A DNA stretch of 64,000 nt from SAR202 cluster bacterium (GTDB lineage Bacteria > Chloroflexota > Dehalococcoidia > Lucifugimonadales > UBA3495). Shown piece by piece: positions 8,299 through 17,635 of the stretch; position 1 is the first letter of the stretch; every line of letters begins with the position of its first letter. Below the pieces are notes generated by a model. The model did no database searches and was not told the origin of the DNA. It saw only the letters and a program-made list of their open reading frames with translations. The position numbers were made by a program, and so were the translations under genes. The stretch covers positions 768 to 64,767 of the forward strand of contig VGZV01000006.1 in assembly GCA_016872385.1 (NCBI GenBank), in the 5' to 3' direction.

Positions 8299-9561
8299 TC
8301 ACTGCTGCCCCGCCCCCAGCTTATTCACAAAAGCCTTTCCGCCCTTCATGACCAGCTTCAGCTTGTTCCGGTCCCGCAGCAGGCCAATGTTGCCCAGGGG
8401 ATCGCCCTCCACCGCCAGCAGGTCCGCCTGCTTGCCCGCTTCCAGGGCGCCAATCTCCTTGTCCAGCCCGCAGCACTCGGCAGCCCAGCCCGTGGCCGCC
8501 TGGATGGCCTGCATGGGGGTCATGCCCCGCTCTACCAGCAGCTCCAGCTCCCTGGAGTTGGCCCCGTGGACAAAGCCGCCTGCGTCGGTGCCTGCCACCA
8601 CTTTCACTCCTGCGGCCAGGGCCTGGTGCATACTGGCCTGGTGAATCTCCTGCAGCGCCCTGGCCCTGGCCTGCATATGGGGTGCGCTGACCGTGGAGTG
8701 GAACTCGTACACTTCAAAGGTGGGCACGAAAAATGTGCCCATGTCGGCCATCATGCGCAGCAGGTCAGGCTCCTCTGCCAGGTAGCAGCCGTGCTCCACA
8801 GAGCCGACGCCCGCCTCGATGCACATCCGCAGCCCCGGCCCGCCCAGGGCGTGGCACATAGTCTTGCGGCCCAGGGCGCGGGCCTCCTGCACCAGGGCTT
8901 TTACCTCGTCGGGGCCAAAGGCGATGTCCCTGGGGCCGTGGCCGGAGCGGGAGCTGGCCCCGCCGGTGGTGGCGAACTTGATAACGTCGGCGCCCACCCG
9001 CGCCATCTCCCGCACCTTGGCCCGCACCGCATCTACCCCGTTGGCTACTCCCGAGGGCAGCCGCGGGTCTTCCGGGAAGCTGTGGCTGTGGCCCGAGGGG
9101 CTGACCCGGTCGCCGATGCCGCCGGTGGGTGAGATGATGCTCACCGAGACCACCAGCCGGGGGCCCGGGTACAGGCCTTCTTCCACCGCCTGCTTGAACC
9201 CGGCGTCCAGCCCGCCTGCGTCGCGGACGCAGGTGTAGCCCGCCGCCAGGGTGTCCTCCAGCACCTTGGCGGTGCGCAGGTACTGCAAGGAGAGGGGTTC
9301 CTGCAGGCCCCACCGGCTGGGCAGGTCGTAGCCTTTGGAGGCCAGGTGGTCGTGGCAGTCAATCAGGCCCGGCAGCAAGGTCAGGCCGGTAAGGTCAACC
9401 ACTTCTGTGTCCGGCGGCATTTGCACCGAGCCGCGCGGCCCCACCGCTTCTATGCGCTGGCCGTTGACCAGCACCACCGAGTTGTTGATTACCGGGCGGC
9501 CCGTGCCGTCAATGAGCCTTGCGCCTGTCAGAGCTTGCATGGGAACACCTCCTGCGGGCAA
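8299..9561 (-). CDS. Amidohydrolase-family metallo-hydrolase
   Basis: 420-aa ORF with LPGLIDCHDHL metal-binding motif and the later HA..G, GTDAG motifs of the amidohydrolase superfamily. Confidence 0.8.
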   Translation of the reverse strand: MPAGGVPMQALTGARLIDGTGRPVINNSVVLVNGQRIEAVGPRGSVQMPPDTEVVDLTGLTLLPGLIDCHDHLASKGYDLPSRWGLQEPLSLQYLRTAKVLEDTLAAGYTCVRDAGGLDAGFKQAVEEGLYPGPRLVVSVSIISPTGGIGDRVSPSGHSHSFPEDPRLPSGVANGVDAVRAKVREMARVGADVIKFATTGGASSRSGHGPRDIAFGPDEVKALVQEARALGRKTMCHALGGPGLRMCIEAGVGSVEHGCYLAEEPDLLRMMADMGTFFVPTFEVYEFHSTVSAPHMQARARALQEIHQASMHQALAAGVKVVAGTDAGGFVHGANSRELELLVERGMTPMQAIQAATGWAAECCGLDKEIGALEAGKQADLLAVEGDPLGNIGLLRDRNKLKLVMKGGKAFVNKLGAGQQ

Positions 9562-9869
9562 TGGGAACTGGCTGTGATGCTAGAGAAGGCGGTTGCCGGT
9601 GTCAAGCTGTACTAGCTCAGGGCACTGGTTCAGTTTGGGTCTCGTCACACCGGGGGAAGCCGGTGTCCAGTAAAGCGCGTCAACCTAACCAGCCTTGCAC
9701 AGCTTGTTAATCCACTCACCTTTCGACGGGCTCAGGATGAGCGGCGGAAATATTGAGCTACTAATGCATGACTTGCATGACTTGCATGACTTTATAGTCG
9801 TTGTCTGGAGTCTGGCTTCTACCGGAATGACGGGGAGCAAACTGATCCATCACCACAGCGCAATTCAAA

Positions 9870-9899
9870 TTGACACTCCTCTCAAGCCGATGATATATT
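9870..9899 (+). promoter_or_regulatory. Sigma-70-like promoter candidate (TTGACA-18 nt-TATATT) for the nuo operon
   Basis: Hexamers at 9870-9875 and 9894-9899 in a lower-GC intergenic region about 50 nt upstream of nuoA. Confidence 0.4.
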
Positions 9900-9947
9900 G
9901 GCTGCGATGATAGCTTCGTTTGCCCCGCGGGTGGACGTGATTTTTGA

Positions 9948-10379
9948 TTGTCCCGTAGTAGTTCTTTCATGACGCTTGCCATTCTCCAGGCGTTTGACGC
10001 CAGCCGGTACGCCCACAACTGGACTGCGGTAGCCCTGGCCGGGGCGGTGGCCGTGGCGGGAATGCTGTTCATGTTTGCCGCCTCCCGGCTGCTGTCGTCC
10101 CGCCGCCCTTCGGCGGTGAAACTTACCCCCTACGAATGCGGCATCCCTCCCGCCGCGTATAACTGGTCAAGCATTAACATCCGCTTCTACATCTTCGCCA
10201 TCCTGTTCCTGATGTTCGACGTGGAAGCGGTGTTCCTTTTTCCCTGGGCGGTGGTGTTCCTGAAGCAGCAAGCCCTGGGCAACCCGGTGCCCTTCTACGC
10301 CATGATTATCTTCCTGGGCGTACTGTTCTTTGCCGTGATTTACGGCTGGAAGAAGGGGGTGCTGGAATGGCAGAAGTGA
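9948..10379 (+). CDS. nuoA: NADH-quinone oxidoreductase subunit A
   Basis: Small 3-TM protein with KLTPYECG motif, first gene of the nuo cluster. The true start may be an internal Met. Confidence 0.85.
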   Translation: MSRSSSFMTLAILQAFDASRYAHNWTAVALAGAVAVAGMLFMFAASRLLSSRRPSAVKLTPYECGIPPAAYNWSSINIRFYIFAILFLMFDVEAVFLFPWAVVFLKQQALGNPVPFYAMIIFLGVLFFAVIYGWKKGVLEWQK

Positions 10380-10903
10380 TATTGGGTCCCGGCAATGTCC
10401 CGGCGCCCAGCCTGCTGGACCAGGCTTTGGCGGGCCGCGTACCTGGGGCGATTACCACCACCAAAGACCAGCTTTTTGCCCTGGCCCGCAAGTCCTCCCT
10501 GTGGACCCTAAGCTTTGGGCTGGCCTGTTGCGCCATCGAGATGATTTCCACCTACATGGCCCACCACGACTTTGACCGCTTTGGAGTGGTCACCTGGCCC
10601 TCGCCGCGCCAGTCCGACGTGATGATTGTGGCAGGCACAGTGGTCAAGAAGATGGCCGACCCCATCCGCCTGCTGTACGAGCAGATGCCGGACCCCAAAT
10701 GGGTCATCGCCATGGGTAGTTGCGCCACCAACGGCGGGCCTTACTACCGTTCCTACTCGGTGGTCATGGGCGTGGACCACATTATTCCCGTGGACGTGTA
10801 CGTGCCCGGCTGCCCGCCCCGGCCCGAAGCCCTGCTGTACGGCATACTGAAGCTCCAGGACAAAATCTCTCAGGACGCCAGGAAGAGTGGCGGACGCCAG
10901 TAA
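10367..10903 (+). CDS. nuoB: NADH-quinone oxidoreductase subunit B
   Basis: N2 cluster ligand motifs [14 protein letters not shown] and PGCPP. Confidence 0.92.
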   Translation: MAEVILGPGNVPAPSLLDQALAGRVPGAITTTKDQLFALARKSSLWTLSFGLACCAIEMISTYMAHHDFDRFGVVTWPSPRQSDVMIVAGTVVKKMADPIRLLYEQMPDPKWVIAMGSCATNGGPYYRSYSVVMGVDHIIPVDVYVPGCPPRPEALLYGILKLQDKISQDARKSGGRQ

Positions 10904-11450
10904 CTCTCAGCCTGCCGTCCCCTCTCCCAAGCCCCACGCCGCTGCCCCCGGCCACGGTCCCGCAGCAGAGCAAGGGACAGACCGGCTTTCCCCCGCTGGC
11001 AAGGATTTCCTGGCCGCCGTGCAGGAAGCCCTGAAGGATTTTCACCCCCAGCCGGGAGCCCTCTTTGACCTGCCCCAAGTGCATGTGGAAAGCAAGGACA
11101 TCCTGGAAGTCTGCCGCCGGGCCAAGACCGACGCCAAGCTGCAAATGGAAATGCTGTCCTGCTTGGCCGCCGTGGATTACAAGGACCACCTGCAGGTGGT
11201 GTACTTCCTTTACGCCCTGAGTTTGGGGCAGACTCTGGTCATCAAGACCGACCTGCCCAACGAAGCGCCCCGCCTGTCCACTGTGACCAGCCTTTGGGCC
11301 GCTGCCGATTGGTACGAGCGGGAAGCCCACGACCTGTTCGGCGTGGTCTTTGACGGCCACCCGGCGCTTACTCCCCTGTTGCTCTACGAAGGATTTGAGG
11401 GGCGCCCGGGGCGCAAGGACTTCCCGTTCCACGATTACCAGGAGTTCTAG
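10887..11450 (+). CDS. nuoC: NADH-quinone oxidoreductase subunit C
   Basis: 30-kDa subunit signature region [18 protein letters not shown]. Confidence 0.9.
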   Translation: MADASNSQPAVPSPKPHAAAPGHGPAAEQGTDRLSPAGKDFLAAVQEALKDFHPQPGALFDLPQVHVESKDILEVCRRAKTDAKLQMEMLSCLAAVDYKDHLQVVYFLYALSLGQTLVIKTDLPNEAPRLSTVTSLWAAADWYEREAHDLFGVVFDGHPALTPLLLYEGFEGRPGRKDFPFHDYQEF

Positions 11451-11456
11451 ATTGCC

Positions 11457-11702
11457 TTGGAGCATGTGGTGCTGACTGCCCGGGTAGTTACTGAAGGTGA
11501 CCGATACATTGCCAGGGTGGACCAGCTTCCGCTGGAAGGGCATGGCGGCTCGGTCAAGCAGGCCCAGGACCAGTTGGTGCAGGTGGTGCGCGGCTGGATT
11601 GAAAGCCAGGACGCCGCAGGAAAGCTGCCGGAAGCGCTGGCCCAAGCGGGGATCCCAGGAGTGGAAGAAGACACTGAAGTCCAACTGGAGTTTGTGGAGT
11701 AA
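11457..11702 (+). CDS. Small HicB-like (UPF0150-type) protein inserted between nuoC and nuoD
   Basis: 81-aa ORF with TTG start. The pattern VVLTARVVTEGDRYIARVDQLPLEGHGGSVKQAQDQLVQVVRGWIE resembles the HicB/UPF0150 beta-beta-beta-alpha-beta core. No HicA partner seen. Confidence 0.4.
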   Translation: MEHVVLTARVVTEGDRYIARVDQLPLEGHGGSVKQAQDQLVQVVRGWIESQDAAGKLPEALAQAGIPGVEEDTEVQLEFVE

Positions 11703-11703
11703 G

Positions 11704-11878
11704 CCCCCCACCCTGGCCCTCCCCCTTGGCAATGGGGAGGGGATCAGACGCCTTCCCCCCAATAAAGGGGGAGGGTTGGGATGGGGGTGTTGAAAACTTC
11801 CTCTCCCCTTGTGGGAGAGGATTGAGGAGAGGGGCAATCTCTTATTCTGGCCTTCTCCCGCAAGGGGAGAAGGGATTC
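11704..11878. repeat. Cluster of GC-hairpin repeats (family A)
   Basis: CCCCCCACCC...GGGATGGGGGTG flanks enclosing CCCTCCCCCTTGGCAATGGGGAGGGG and CCTTCCCCCCAATAAAGGGGGAGGG. Followed by CTCTCCCCTTGTGGGAGAGG and CCTTCTCCCGCAAGGGGAGAAGG hairpins. Confidence 0.75.
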
Positions 11879-11901
11879 CAAGTCCTGATACAGTAGAAGC
11901 T

Positions 11902-13038
11902 ATGACCATGACCAACGTGCATACCAACATAGCCGCCGATGCCCACCCGGTGGAAATGCTGCTGAACATGGGGCCGCAGCATCCCTCCACCCACGGCGTG
12001 TTCCGGCTGGTGCTGTGGATAGACGGCGAAAAAATCGTGCGGGCGGAACCCCACATCGGTTACCTGCACCGCGGCTCAGAGAAGCTCTGCGAAGGGGAGC
12101 AGTACCACCAGGTAATTACCCTTTTTGACCGGCTGGACTACGTAGCCAACTTCAACAATGAGTGGGCCTACTGCCGGGCGGTAGAAAAGCTCATGGGCCT
12201 GACAGTCCCGGAACGGGCCGAGTACGCCCGCGTTATTCTGGGCGAATTGAACCGCGTCGCCAGCCACCTGCTGTACGTGGGGACAATGGGCCTGGACGCC
12301 GGAGCCATGACCCCCACCATGTTCTGCTTCCGGGGCCGGGAGCGCATCCAGGCCCTGTTTGAGGCGGTGTCCGGTGCCCGCATGATGCACAATTACTTCC
12401 GCATCGGGGGGCTGAAAGAGGACCTGCCGGAAAACTTTGTCCAGATGGTCAAGGACCTGATGCCCTTGCTGCGCCAGGACGTGGAGGAGAGCGACAAGAT
12501 TCTCACCTTCAACGAAATCTTCCTGGCCCGCCTGAAGGACGTGGGGGCCATCAGCCCCCAGGAGGCCATCAGCTACGGCTTCACCGGCCCCTGCTTGCGG
12601 GGTTGCGGCGTGGACTACGACGTGCGGAAGGCCCATCCTTATTCGGTCTACGACCGCTTTACCTTTGAAGTCCCCCTGGGCCTGGACGGAGATTGCTGGG
12701 ACCGCCATTGGGTGCGGGTCCAGGAGATGTACCAGTCCCTGAACATTGTTGAGCAGGCCCTGCAGCAGATGCCCCAAGGGCCGGTCACTTCCTCTCTGGG
12801 GCGGCGGCTGCTCCGGCCTCCCAAGGGCGAAGTTTACGTGCGGGGCGAGAACCCCCGGGGTGAGCTGGGCGTGTATTTAATCAGCGACGGCACGGACAAG
12901 CCCTACCGGGTCAAAGTGCGCCCGCCTTCTTTTTGCAACCTTTCCGCCATCCAGCACTTACTGCAGAACGCCTGGATTGCTGACTCGGTAATCATCCTTG
13001 GCTCCCTGGACATCGTGCTGGGGGAAGTAGACCGGTAA
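11902..13038 (+). CDS. nuoD: NADH-quinone oxidoreductase subunit D
   Basis: MGPQHPSTHGVFRL motif. ATG at 11902 is preferred over the ORF start at 11809, which lies in repeat DNA. Confidence 0.92.
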   Translation: MTMTNVHTNIAADAHPVEMLLNMGPQHPSTHGVFRLVLWIDGEKIVRAEPHIGYLHRGSEKLCEGEQYHQVITLFDRLDYVANFNNEWAYCRAVEKLMGLTVPERAEYARVILGELNRVASHLLYVGTMGLDAGAMTPTMFCFRGRERIQALFEAVSGARMMHNYFRIGGLKEDLPENFVQMVKDLMPLLRQDVEESDKILTFNEIFLARLKDVGAISPQEAISYGFTGPCLRGCGVDYDVRKAHPYSVYDRFTFEVPLGLDGDCWDRHWVRVQEMYQSLNIVEQALQQMPQGPVTSSLGRRLLRPPKGEVYVRGENPRGELGVYLISDGTDKPYRVKVRPPSFCNLSAIQHLLQNAWIADSVIILGSLDIVLGEVDR

Positions 13039-14201
13039 TGGGCATCACTGACCTATTGATAATCCTCCTTAGCCTGGCCGCGCTGTTTGCCGGGCTGACG
13101 GTGGCCGTGCTGGGGCTAATCTGGCTGGAGCGCAAGGTCTTGGGGCGCTTGCAGCAGCGCCTGGGGCCAACCCGCGCCGGGCCTATGGGGCTGTTTCAGC
13201 CCCTGGCCGACGCTTTGAAGCTAATCCTTAAAGAAGACATCGTGCCGTCTTCGGCGGAAAAGGCGGTGTTCTGGATTGCGCCGGTGATTGTGGTGCTTTC
13301 CGCCTTCGTTGTGTGGGTCACCATACCGGCGTCTCACACGCTGGTGGTGGAGAACCTGGACCTGGGGTTGTTCTACATCATCGCCGTGTCCGTGATTGGA
13401 ATCATGGGACTGGTGATGGCGGGCTGGGGATCTGCCAACAAGTACGGCACCCTGGGCAGCCTGCGGGCGGCGGCCCAGCTAATCAGCTACGAGATTCCCG
13501 TCATCATGGTGGTGGTGGCGGTGGCAATGCTGGCCCAGTCCATGGACTTGCGGGTAATTGTAGAAAGACAGGGCAGCTATCCCTTCGTCCTGCTTCAGCC
13601 CTTGGGCCTGGTGATTTTCTTCATTGCTGGGCTGGCCGAGGTGGGCCGCACGCCCTTTGACATCTACCACGCTGAGTCGGAAGTAGTGGGCGGGCCTTTT
13701 GTTGAATACAGCGGCGCCCATTGGTCCGTATTTTTCCTGGCGGAATACATCAACACCTTTGCCATCGCCGCCCTGACCACGCTGTTGTTCTTGGGCGGCT
13801 GGGCTGGTCCCTTGCTACCCCCCATTGTTTGGTTCCTGCTCAAGACTTTGGCAGTAGTGCTGGTGGTCTTCTGGGTGCGGGGGACCTTTCCCCGGCTCCG
13901 CATTGACCAGCTAATGGCTTTTGCCTGGAAAGCGCTGGTTCCCCTGTCCTTCTACGCCGTAATCAGCACCGCCATCTACCAGTTCTACGGCTGGCCGGCC
14001 TGGAGCCTCAGCCTCATGTCTCTGGCCGGGCTTTTGGCGGTAGGCTACCTGGTATATCAACGAATGACCGGCCCGGCCCGGCGGGTGGCCCAGGTGCGCG
14101 CCCGCCAGCAGGCGGCTATGCAGTCCCGGCGGTCCGGCATCTCCGGCGGACCGGTCGCTCCGCCTGCGGCGCAAACACCCTCTGCGCCAGGCCAAAGCTA
14201 A
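13038..14201 (+). CDS. nuoH: NADH-quinone oxidoreductase subunit H (with Pro/Ala-rich C-terminal tail)
   Basis: LERKVLGRLQQRLGPTRAGPMGLFQPLADALKL signature, 8 TM segments. Confidence 0.92.
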   Translation: MGITDLLIILLSLAALFAGLTVAVLGLIWLERKVLGRLQQRLGPTRAGPMGLFQPLADALKLILKEDIVPSSAEKAVFWIAPVIVVLSAFVVWVTIPASHTLVVENLDLGLFYIIAVSVIGIMGLVMAGWGSANKYGTLGSLRAAAQLISYEIPVIMVVVAVAMLAQSMDLRVIVERQGSYPFVLLQPLGLVIFFIAGLAEVGRTPFDIYHAESEVVGGPFVEYSGAHWSVFFLAEYINTFAIAALTTLLFLGGWAGPLLPPIVWFLLKTLAVVLVVFWVRGTFPRLRIDQLMAFAWKALVPLSFYAVISTAIYQFYGWPAWSLSLMSLAGLLAVGYLVYQRMTGPARRVAQVRARQQAAMQSRRSGISGGPVAPPAAQTPSAPGQS

Positions 14202-14234
14202 TGCTCGCAGATGTTCCTAATCTGAGGTGCGCCA

Positions 14235-14780
14235 ATGCTAAACAGCGTTAAGGGCATGGCCCTGACTTTTTTCTCCACCTTGAAGGGACTGCGCAAGCCG
14301 GTGACCCAGCAATACCCAGCCAAGCCTACGCCCGTGAAAGAGCGCTTCATGGGTTTCCCGGCCCTCACCTGGGACGACAAAGTGCCGGAACCGTTCTGCA
14401 CCGGCTGCATGGTATGCGTCCGCAACTGTCCCACCCAGTGCATGTCCGCAACCATGAAGGACAACCCCCTCTTCGCCGAGGGGAAAAGCGCCCGGCGCAA
14501 GATTATTGACCAGTTTGAAATCAACCTGAACCGGTGTATACTGTGCGGGATTTGCGTGGAGCTGTGCAACTTCGATGCCATTGTGATGAGTCACGAGCAC
14601 GAAATGAGCACTTACCAACGCAATGGCGACCGGGCGGATTTGCCCGCGCTGCTAGAGATTGGCAAGAAGTACCAGCAGACAACTAACTGGCAGCCTCCGT
14701 CTGCCAAGACCAAAGCCACGGCAGCGCCCAGTCCAAAACCGCAGCCAGCGGCGGCGGCACCAGGGGAGACTAAGAGTTAG
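14235..14780 (+). CDS. nuoI: NADH-quinone oxidoreductase subunit I
   Basis: Two 4Fe-4S motifs: CTGCMVCVRNCP and CILCGICVELCN. Confidence 0.9.
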   Translation: MLNSVKGMALTFFSTLKGLRKPVTQQYPAKPTPVKERFMGFPALTWDDKVPEPFCTGCMVCVRNCPTQCMSATMKDNPLFAEGKSARRKIIDQFEINLNRCILCGICVELCNFDAIVMSHEHEMSTYQRNGDRADLPALLEIGKKYQQTTNWQPPSAKTKATAAPSPKPQPAAAAPGETKS

Positions 14781-14878
14781 GCGCCAGTTTTTGGTTTTTT
14801 GACTTCCAAGGTCGGCAACGCCATGATTTTTGAGAGCCGCCGAGATGGTGGCTCATCTTTTGCCAAGAGTTTTTACAG

Positions 14879-15367
14879 GTGTCCCTGTACCTTTTTGCCT
14901 TGTTAGCCTTTTTGACCCTGGCCGGCGGCCTGGGAGTGGTATCCACTCGCAACGTGGTGCATGCCGCCCTGTATCTGCTGCTGTCGCTGCTGGCCGTGGC
15001 CGGGATTTATCTAATTCTTTTTGCCGAGTTTCTGGCGCTGGTGCAGGTGCTCATTTACGGCGGGGCCGTCGTCATCGTGGTGCTTTTCGCCATCATGCTG
15101 ACCCGCTCCAGCGAGTACCCGCGCATTTCCGACAACCGCCAGTGGCCCCTGGCGCTGGTAGCGGCCCTGGGACTGCTGGGGGTATTGGCAGCGGCCTTCC
15201 TGGCTGCCCCAATCCAGATAACACAGCTCCAAAGCCCCGATTTTACTGCGCTTTCCGGCTCGCTTTTTACCAAGTGGGCAGTGCCTTTCGAGATCGCTTC
15301 CCTGGTGCTGCTGGTTGCCCTCATCGGCGCAATCATCATCGCCCGCGCCGGAAAGAACGAGCGGTAG
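14879..15367 (+). CDS. nuoJ: NADH-quinone oxidoreductase subunit J
   Basis: 162-aa hydrophobic protein in the conserved position, GTG start. Confidence 0.85.
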   Translation: MSLYLFALLAFLTLAGGLGVVSTRNVVHAALYLLLSLLAVAGIYLILFAEFLALVQVLIYGGAVVIVVLFAIMLTRSSEYPRISDNRQWPLALVAALGLLGVLAAAFLAAPIQITQLQSPDFTALSGSLFTKWAVPFEIASLVLLVALIGAIIIARAGKNER

Positions 15368-15370
15368 GCC

Positions 15371-15691
15371 ATGGCACCCCTGGTTTACTTCCAGATTTTA
15401 AGCGCCGCCCTTTTCGTCATTGGGCTTTACGGAGTGCTGGCGCGGCGCAGCGCCGTGCTAGTCGTTATGTCCATCGAACTGATGCTAAATGCGGTGAACA
15501 TTAACTTGATTGCGGCGGCGTCCCACCTGGAAGGGCAGGGGCGTTTCCTGAACTTCGACGGCCACATCATTGCCATATTTGTCATCACCATTGCCGCCGC
15601 TGAAATTGGACTGGCCCTGGCAATCATTCTGCGGATGTACCGCAACCGCGCCACGGTGGACGTGGACGAAATCAACCTGATGAAGTGGTAG
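15371..15691 (+). CDS. nuoK: NADH-quinone oxidoreductase subunit K
   Basis: 106-aa 3-TM protein with the conserved membrane-embedded glutamates (SIELMLNA, AAAEIGLALA). Confidence 0.9.
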   Translation: MAPLVYFQILSAALFVIGLYGVLARRSAVLVVMSIELMLNAVNINLIAAASHLEGQGRFLNFDGHIIAIFVITIAAAEIGLALAIILRMYRNRATVDVDEINLMKW

Positions 15692-15706
15692 GCGAAAGTC
15701 GTTAGC

Positions 15707-17635
15707 ATGGAATGGGCCTGGCTTATACCGGTATTTAGTTTCGTTGCCTTCCCCCTGATTGTGCTGTTTGGCAAGCCCCTGCCCGGCAAGGGGGCGCCTA
15801 TCGCTATTCTTGCCATCGGCGGCGGGTTTGTCCTTTTCTGGGTGGCGCTGCTAGGATATTTGAACGTTGTGCCGGGCGTCAACAACTGCTTCACCAGCTC
15901 TGCCACCGGAGTCTTCACCTGCGATTACCGCATCAGTTGGTTCCATGCCGGGCTGCCAGGCCTGGAGGACAGCGTGGAACTGGCCTGGGGCATGATTATT
16001 GACCCGCTGGCCTTGGTGATGCTGGGCATGGTCACATTTGTGGCCCTGATGGTGCAAATCTACTCTTTGGGCTACATGAAGGGCGATCCGCGCTTTAGTT
16101 GGTACTACGCATACCACGCGCTGTTCGCCGCCGCCATGCTCACCCTGGCGCTGGCAGACAACTTCTTGCTGCTTTACGTGGCCTGGGAACTGGTGGGGGT
16201 ATGCTCCTACCTGCTTATCGGTTTCTGGTACGAGCGTCCGGCAGCCCGCAATGCGGCCAAGAAAGCCTTTATTGTGACTCGCCTGGGCGACGTGGGAATG
16301 CTGCTGGGCATCCTGCTCTTATGGCGGGAAGTGGGCAGCTTCAGCATGTTGGACGCCTTCGAAGCGGCGCACAACGGGGTGTTGAACCAGGGAGCGGCCA
16401 CGGCGGCAGGGCTGTTGCTGTTCCTGGGGGCCATGGGCAAGTCTGCGCAGTTTCCCTTCCATGTCTGGCTTCCCGACGCCATGGAAGGCCCCACGCCAGT
16501 GAGCGCACTGATTCACGCCGCCACCATGGTAGCCGCCGGCGTGTACCTGGTGGCCCGCGCTTACCCCATTTTCATGGCCTCAGGCGACGCACTGCTGGTG
16601 GTGGCGGTCATTGGCCTGATTACCGCGCTGCTGGCTTCCACCATTGCCCTGGCATCCACCGACTTGAAGCGCATCCTGGCCTACTCCACCATCAGCCATC
16701 TGGGGCTGATGATGCTGTCCCTAGGCGCACTGGGCTACACCGCCGCCCTGTTCCATTTAATGGCCCACGGCTTCTCCAAAGCCCTGTTGTTCCTGGGCGC
16801 AGGCAGCGTGCTGCACAGCACTGAAGAGCAGGACATACGGAACATGGGCGGCCTGCGAAAGCCCATGCCCTTGACCGCTTTTCTGTTCTCCCTGGGGGCC
16901 CTTTCCCTGGGCGGCATACCTATTCTGGCCGGGTTCTGGAGCAAGGACGAGGTCCTGTCCGCCGTCAGCCACAACATGAATCCCATATTTATAGTGCTGG
17001 CGTTGTTCACCGCCCTGCTCAGCGCCCTGTACATGGCCCGCGCCATGTTTGTGGTGTTCTTTGGCCCGGCCCGCACCCACGGCCACCGCCACTCGCACCC
17101 CATTCACGACGCTCAGCTATCCATGGCGGCGCCCATGCTCCTGCTGGGCGTGCTGGCCGCCGGGTTCGGACTAATCAGCTTCAACTGGCCGGGAAGTTAC
17201 CAGGGAATCGGGTCCTTCCTGTTTTTTAAGGAACACGAAGGGTTCCATATCACCTGGTGGATTGCCATTGTGTCCACCCTGCTGGCGCTGGCTGCTTTCT
17301 TTGCCGCTTACCTGGTCTACGTAAGGCAGCGCATCTCCCTGGAAGGAGCGCGCACTGCCTTTGCGCCGCTCATCCGGGTGGTGGAGAACAAGTATTACAT
17401 GGACCACCTTTATCAGTGGCTGGTAGACCGGGTGGTGCTGGTTGCCTCAGCGGCCATTGCCCTGGTGGACCGGGCAGTGGTTAACGATGTGGGGGTGAAC
17501 GGCCCTGCCGAAGTGGTAGGCCGCGTGGGGATTGCCATGCGCCGCCATGTCACGGGCCACCTTTACAGCTACGCCCTGGTCATGACTCTGGGGCTTATTG
17601 GGCTGGCAATTTTCTGGTGGCTGCGGGCGGGTTAG
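15707..17635 (+). CDS. nuoL: NADH-quinone oxidoreductase subunit L
   Basis: 642-aa antiporter-like subunit with WLPDAMEGPTPVSALIHAATMV. Confidence 0.92.
   Translation: MEWAWLIPVFSFVAFPLIVLFGKPLPGKGAPIAILAIGGGFVLFWVALLGYLNVVPGVNNCFTSSATGVFTCDYRISWFHAGLPGLEDSVELAWGMIIDPLALVMLGMVTFVALMVQIYSLGYMKGDPRFSWYYAYHALFAAAMLTLALADNFLLLYVAWELVGVCSYLLIGFWYERPAARNAAKKAFIVTRLGDVGMLLGILLLWREVGSFSMLDAFEAAHNGVLNQGAATAAGLLLFLGAMGKSAQFPFHVWLPDAMEGPTPVSALIHAATMVAAGVYLVARAYPIFMASGDALLVVAVIGLITALLASTIALASTDLKRILAYSTISHLGLMMLSLGALGYTAALFHLMAHGFSKALLFLGAGSVLHSTEEQDIRNMGGLRKPMPLTAFLFSLGALSLGGIPILAGFWSKDEVLSAVSHNMNPIFIVLALFTALLSALYMARAMFVVFFGPARTHGHRHSHPIHDAQLSMAAPMLLLGVLAAGFGLISFNWPGSYQGIGSFLFFKEHEGFHITWWIAIVSTLLALAAFFAAYLVYVRQRISLEGARTAFAPLIRVVENKYYMDHLYQWLVDRVVLVASAAIALVDRAVVNDVGVNGPAEVVGRVGIAMRRHVTGHLYSYALVMTLGLIGLAIFWWLRAG

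Noticed and set aside
9766-9792. 3 x 9-bp tandem repeat GCATGACTT upstream of the nuo promoter.
   Set aside because: Real but tiny. It sits next to a family C fragment (9722-9745), and I can attach no function to it. Too short for meaningful inference.
11809-11901. N-terminal extensions offered by the ORF track for nuoD (11809), queA (49217), the ACAD (6835), the amidohydrolase-2 gene (58412), the eno-overlapping start at 22843 and the hypothetical at 32249.
   Set aside because: The extensions translate repeat DNA or overlap the upstream gene. An internal ATG coincides with the conserved protein N-terminus, several with a GGAGG-type ribosome-binding site. Shorter coordinates are used in the feature list.
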